From positions 92,318,001 to 92,382,000 of the forward strand of contig OX597814.1 of assembly GCA_951406725.2 (NCBI GenBank): a stretch of 64,000 bases of DNA. Direction: 5' to 3'. Both the position numbers and the translations under genes were made by a program. The stretch comes from Octopus vulgaris. Lineage: Eukaryota. The notes below the pieces were generated by a model, which worked only from the letters and a program-made list of their open reading frames with translations, searched no databases and was not told the DNA's origin. Of the stretch, positions 63,801-64,000 are shown one piece after another (the stretch's first letter is position 1; every line of letters begins with the position of its first letter).

Positions 63801-64000
63801 GAGGCGCAATGGCCCAGTGGTTAGGGCAGCGGACTCGCGGTCGGAGGATTGCGGTTTCGTTGTGTATGTTTATTGAGCAAAAGCACCTAAAGCTCCACGG
63901 GGCTCCGGCAGGGGTGGTGGCGCCCCCTGTTGTACTCACTCTCTCTTCCTGTTTCTTGATTAACGCTGCGATGGACTGGGGAACACATACGCCACAGAAA
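63799..64000 (+). mobile_element. SINE family C copy (runs off the window)
   Basis: ggaggcgcaatggcccagtggttagggcagcggactcgcggtc. Confidence 0.85.

Overview
AT-rich, microsatellite-dense eukaryotic DNA, most likely from an octopus or other coleoid cephalopod; this is inferred from the recurrent tRNA-derived SINE families and the (TA)n/(TAGA)n/(CA)n density, not from a database match. The only well-supported protein-coding gene is the 3' half of a membrane dipeptidase (peptidase M19, DPEP1-like) on the minus strand. It has five GT-AG exons (55183-55007, 45489-45393, 41554-41479, 37934-37799, 17064-16975) whose phases join into one frame, and it ends without a GPI signal. Its 5' exons were not found and probably lie beyond 64000. 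The rest is intron and intergenic DNA filled with transposon remnants: two Penelope-like (Neptune-type) retroelements, an L1/Tx1-like LINE, mariner, Tc1 and maT fragments, a non-autonomous Helitron, a pogo-like MITE, several SINE families and a 1.1 kb minisatellite. Nearly all other ORF-track entries are microsatellite or SINE artefacts. The most notable signal is about ten distinct minimal type I hammerhead ribozyme motifs with palindromic (dimer-type) stem III, several with non-canonical cores. They sit in short, non-coding, (TA)n-flanked elements with direct-plus-inverted repeat architecture (pLTR/retrozyme-like), and some are in the sense orientation inside the dipeptidase's last intron. 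All folds were done by eye and no activity is shown.
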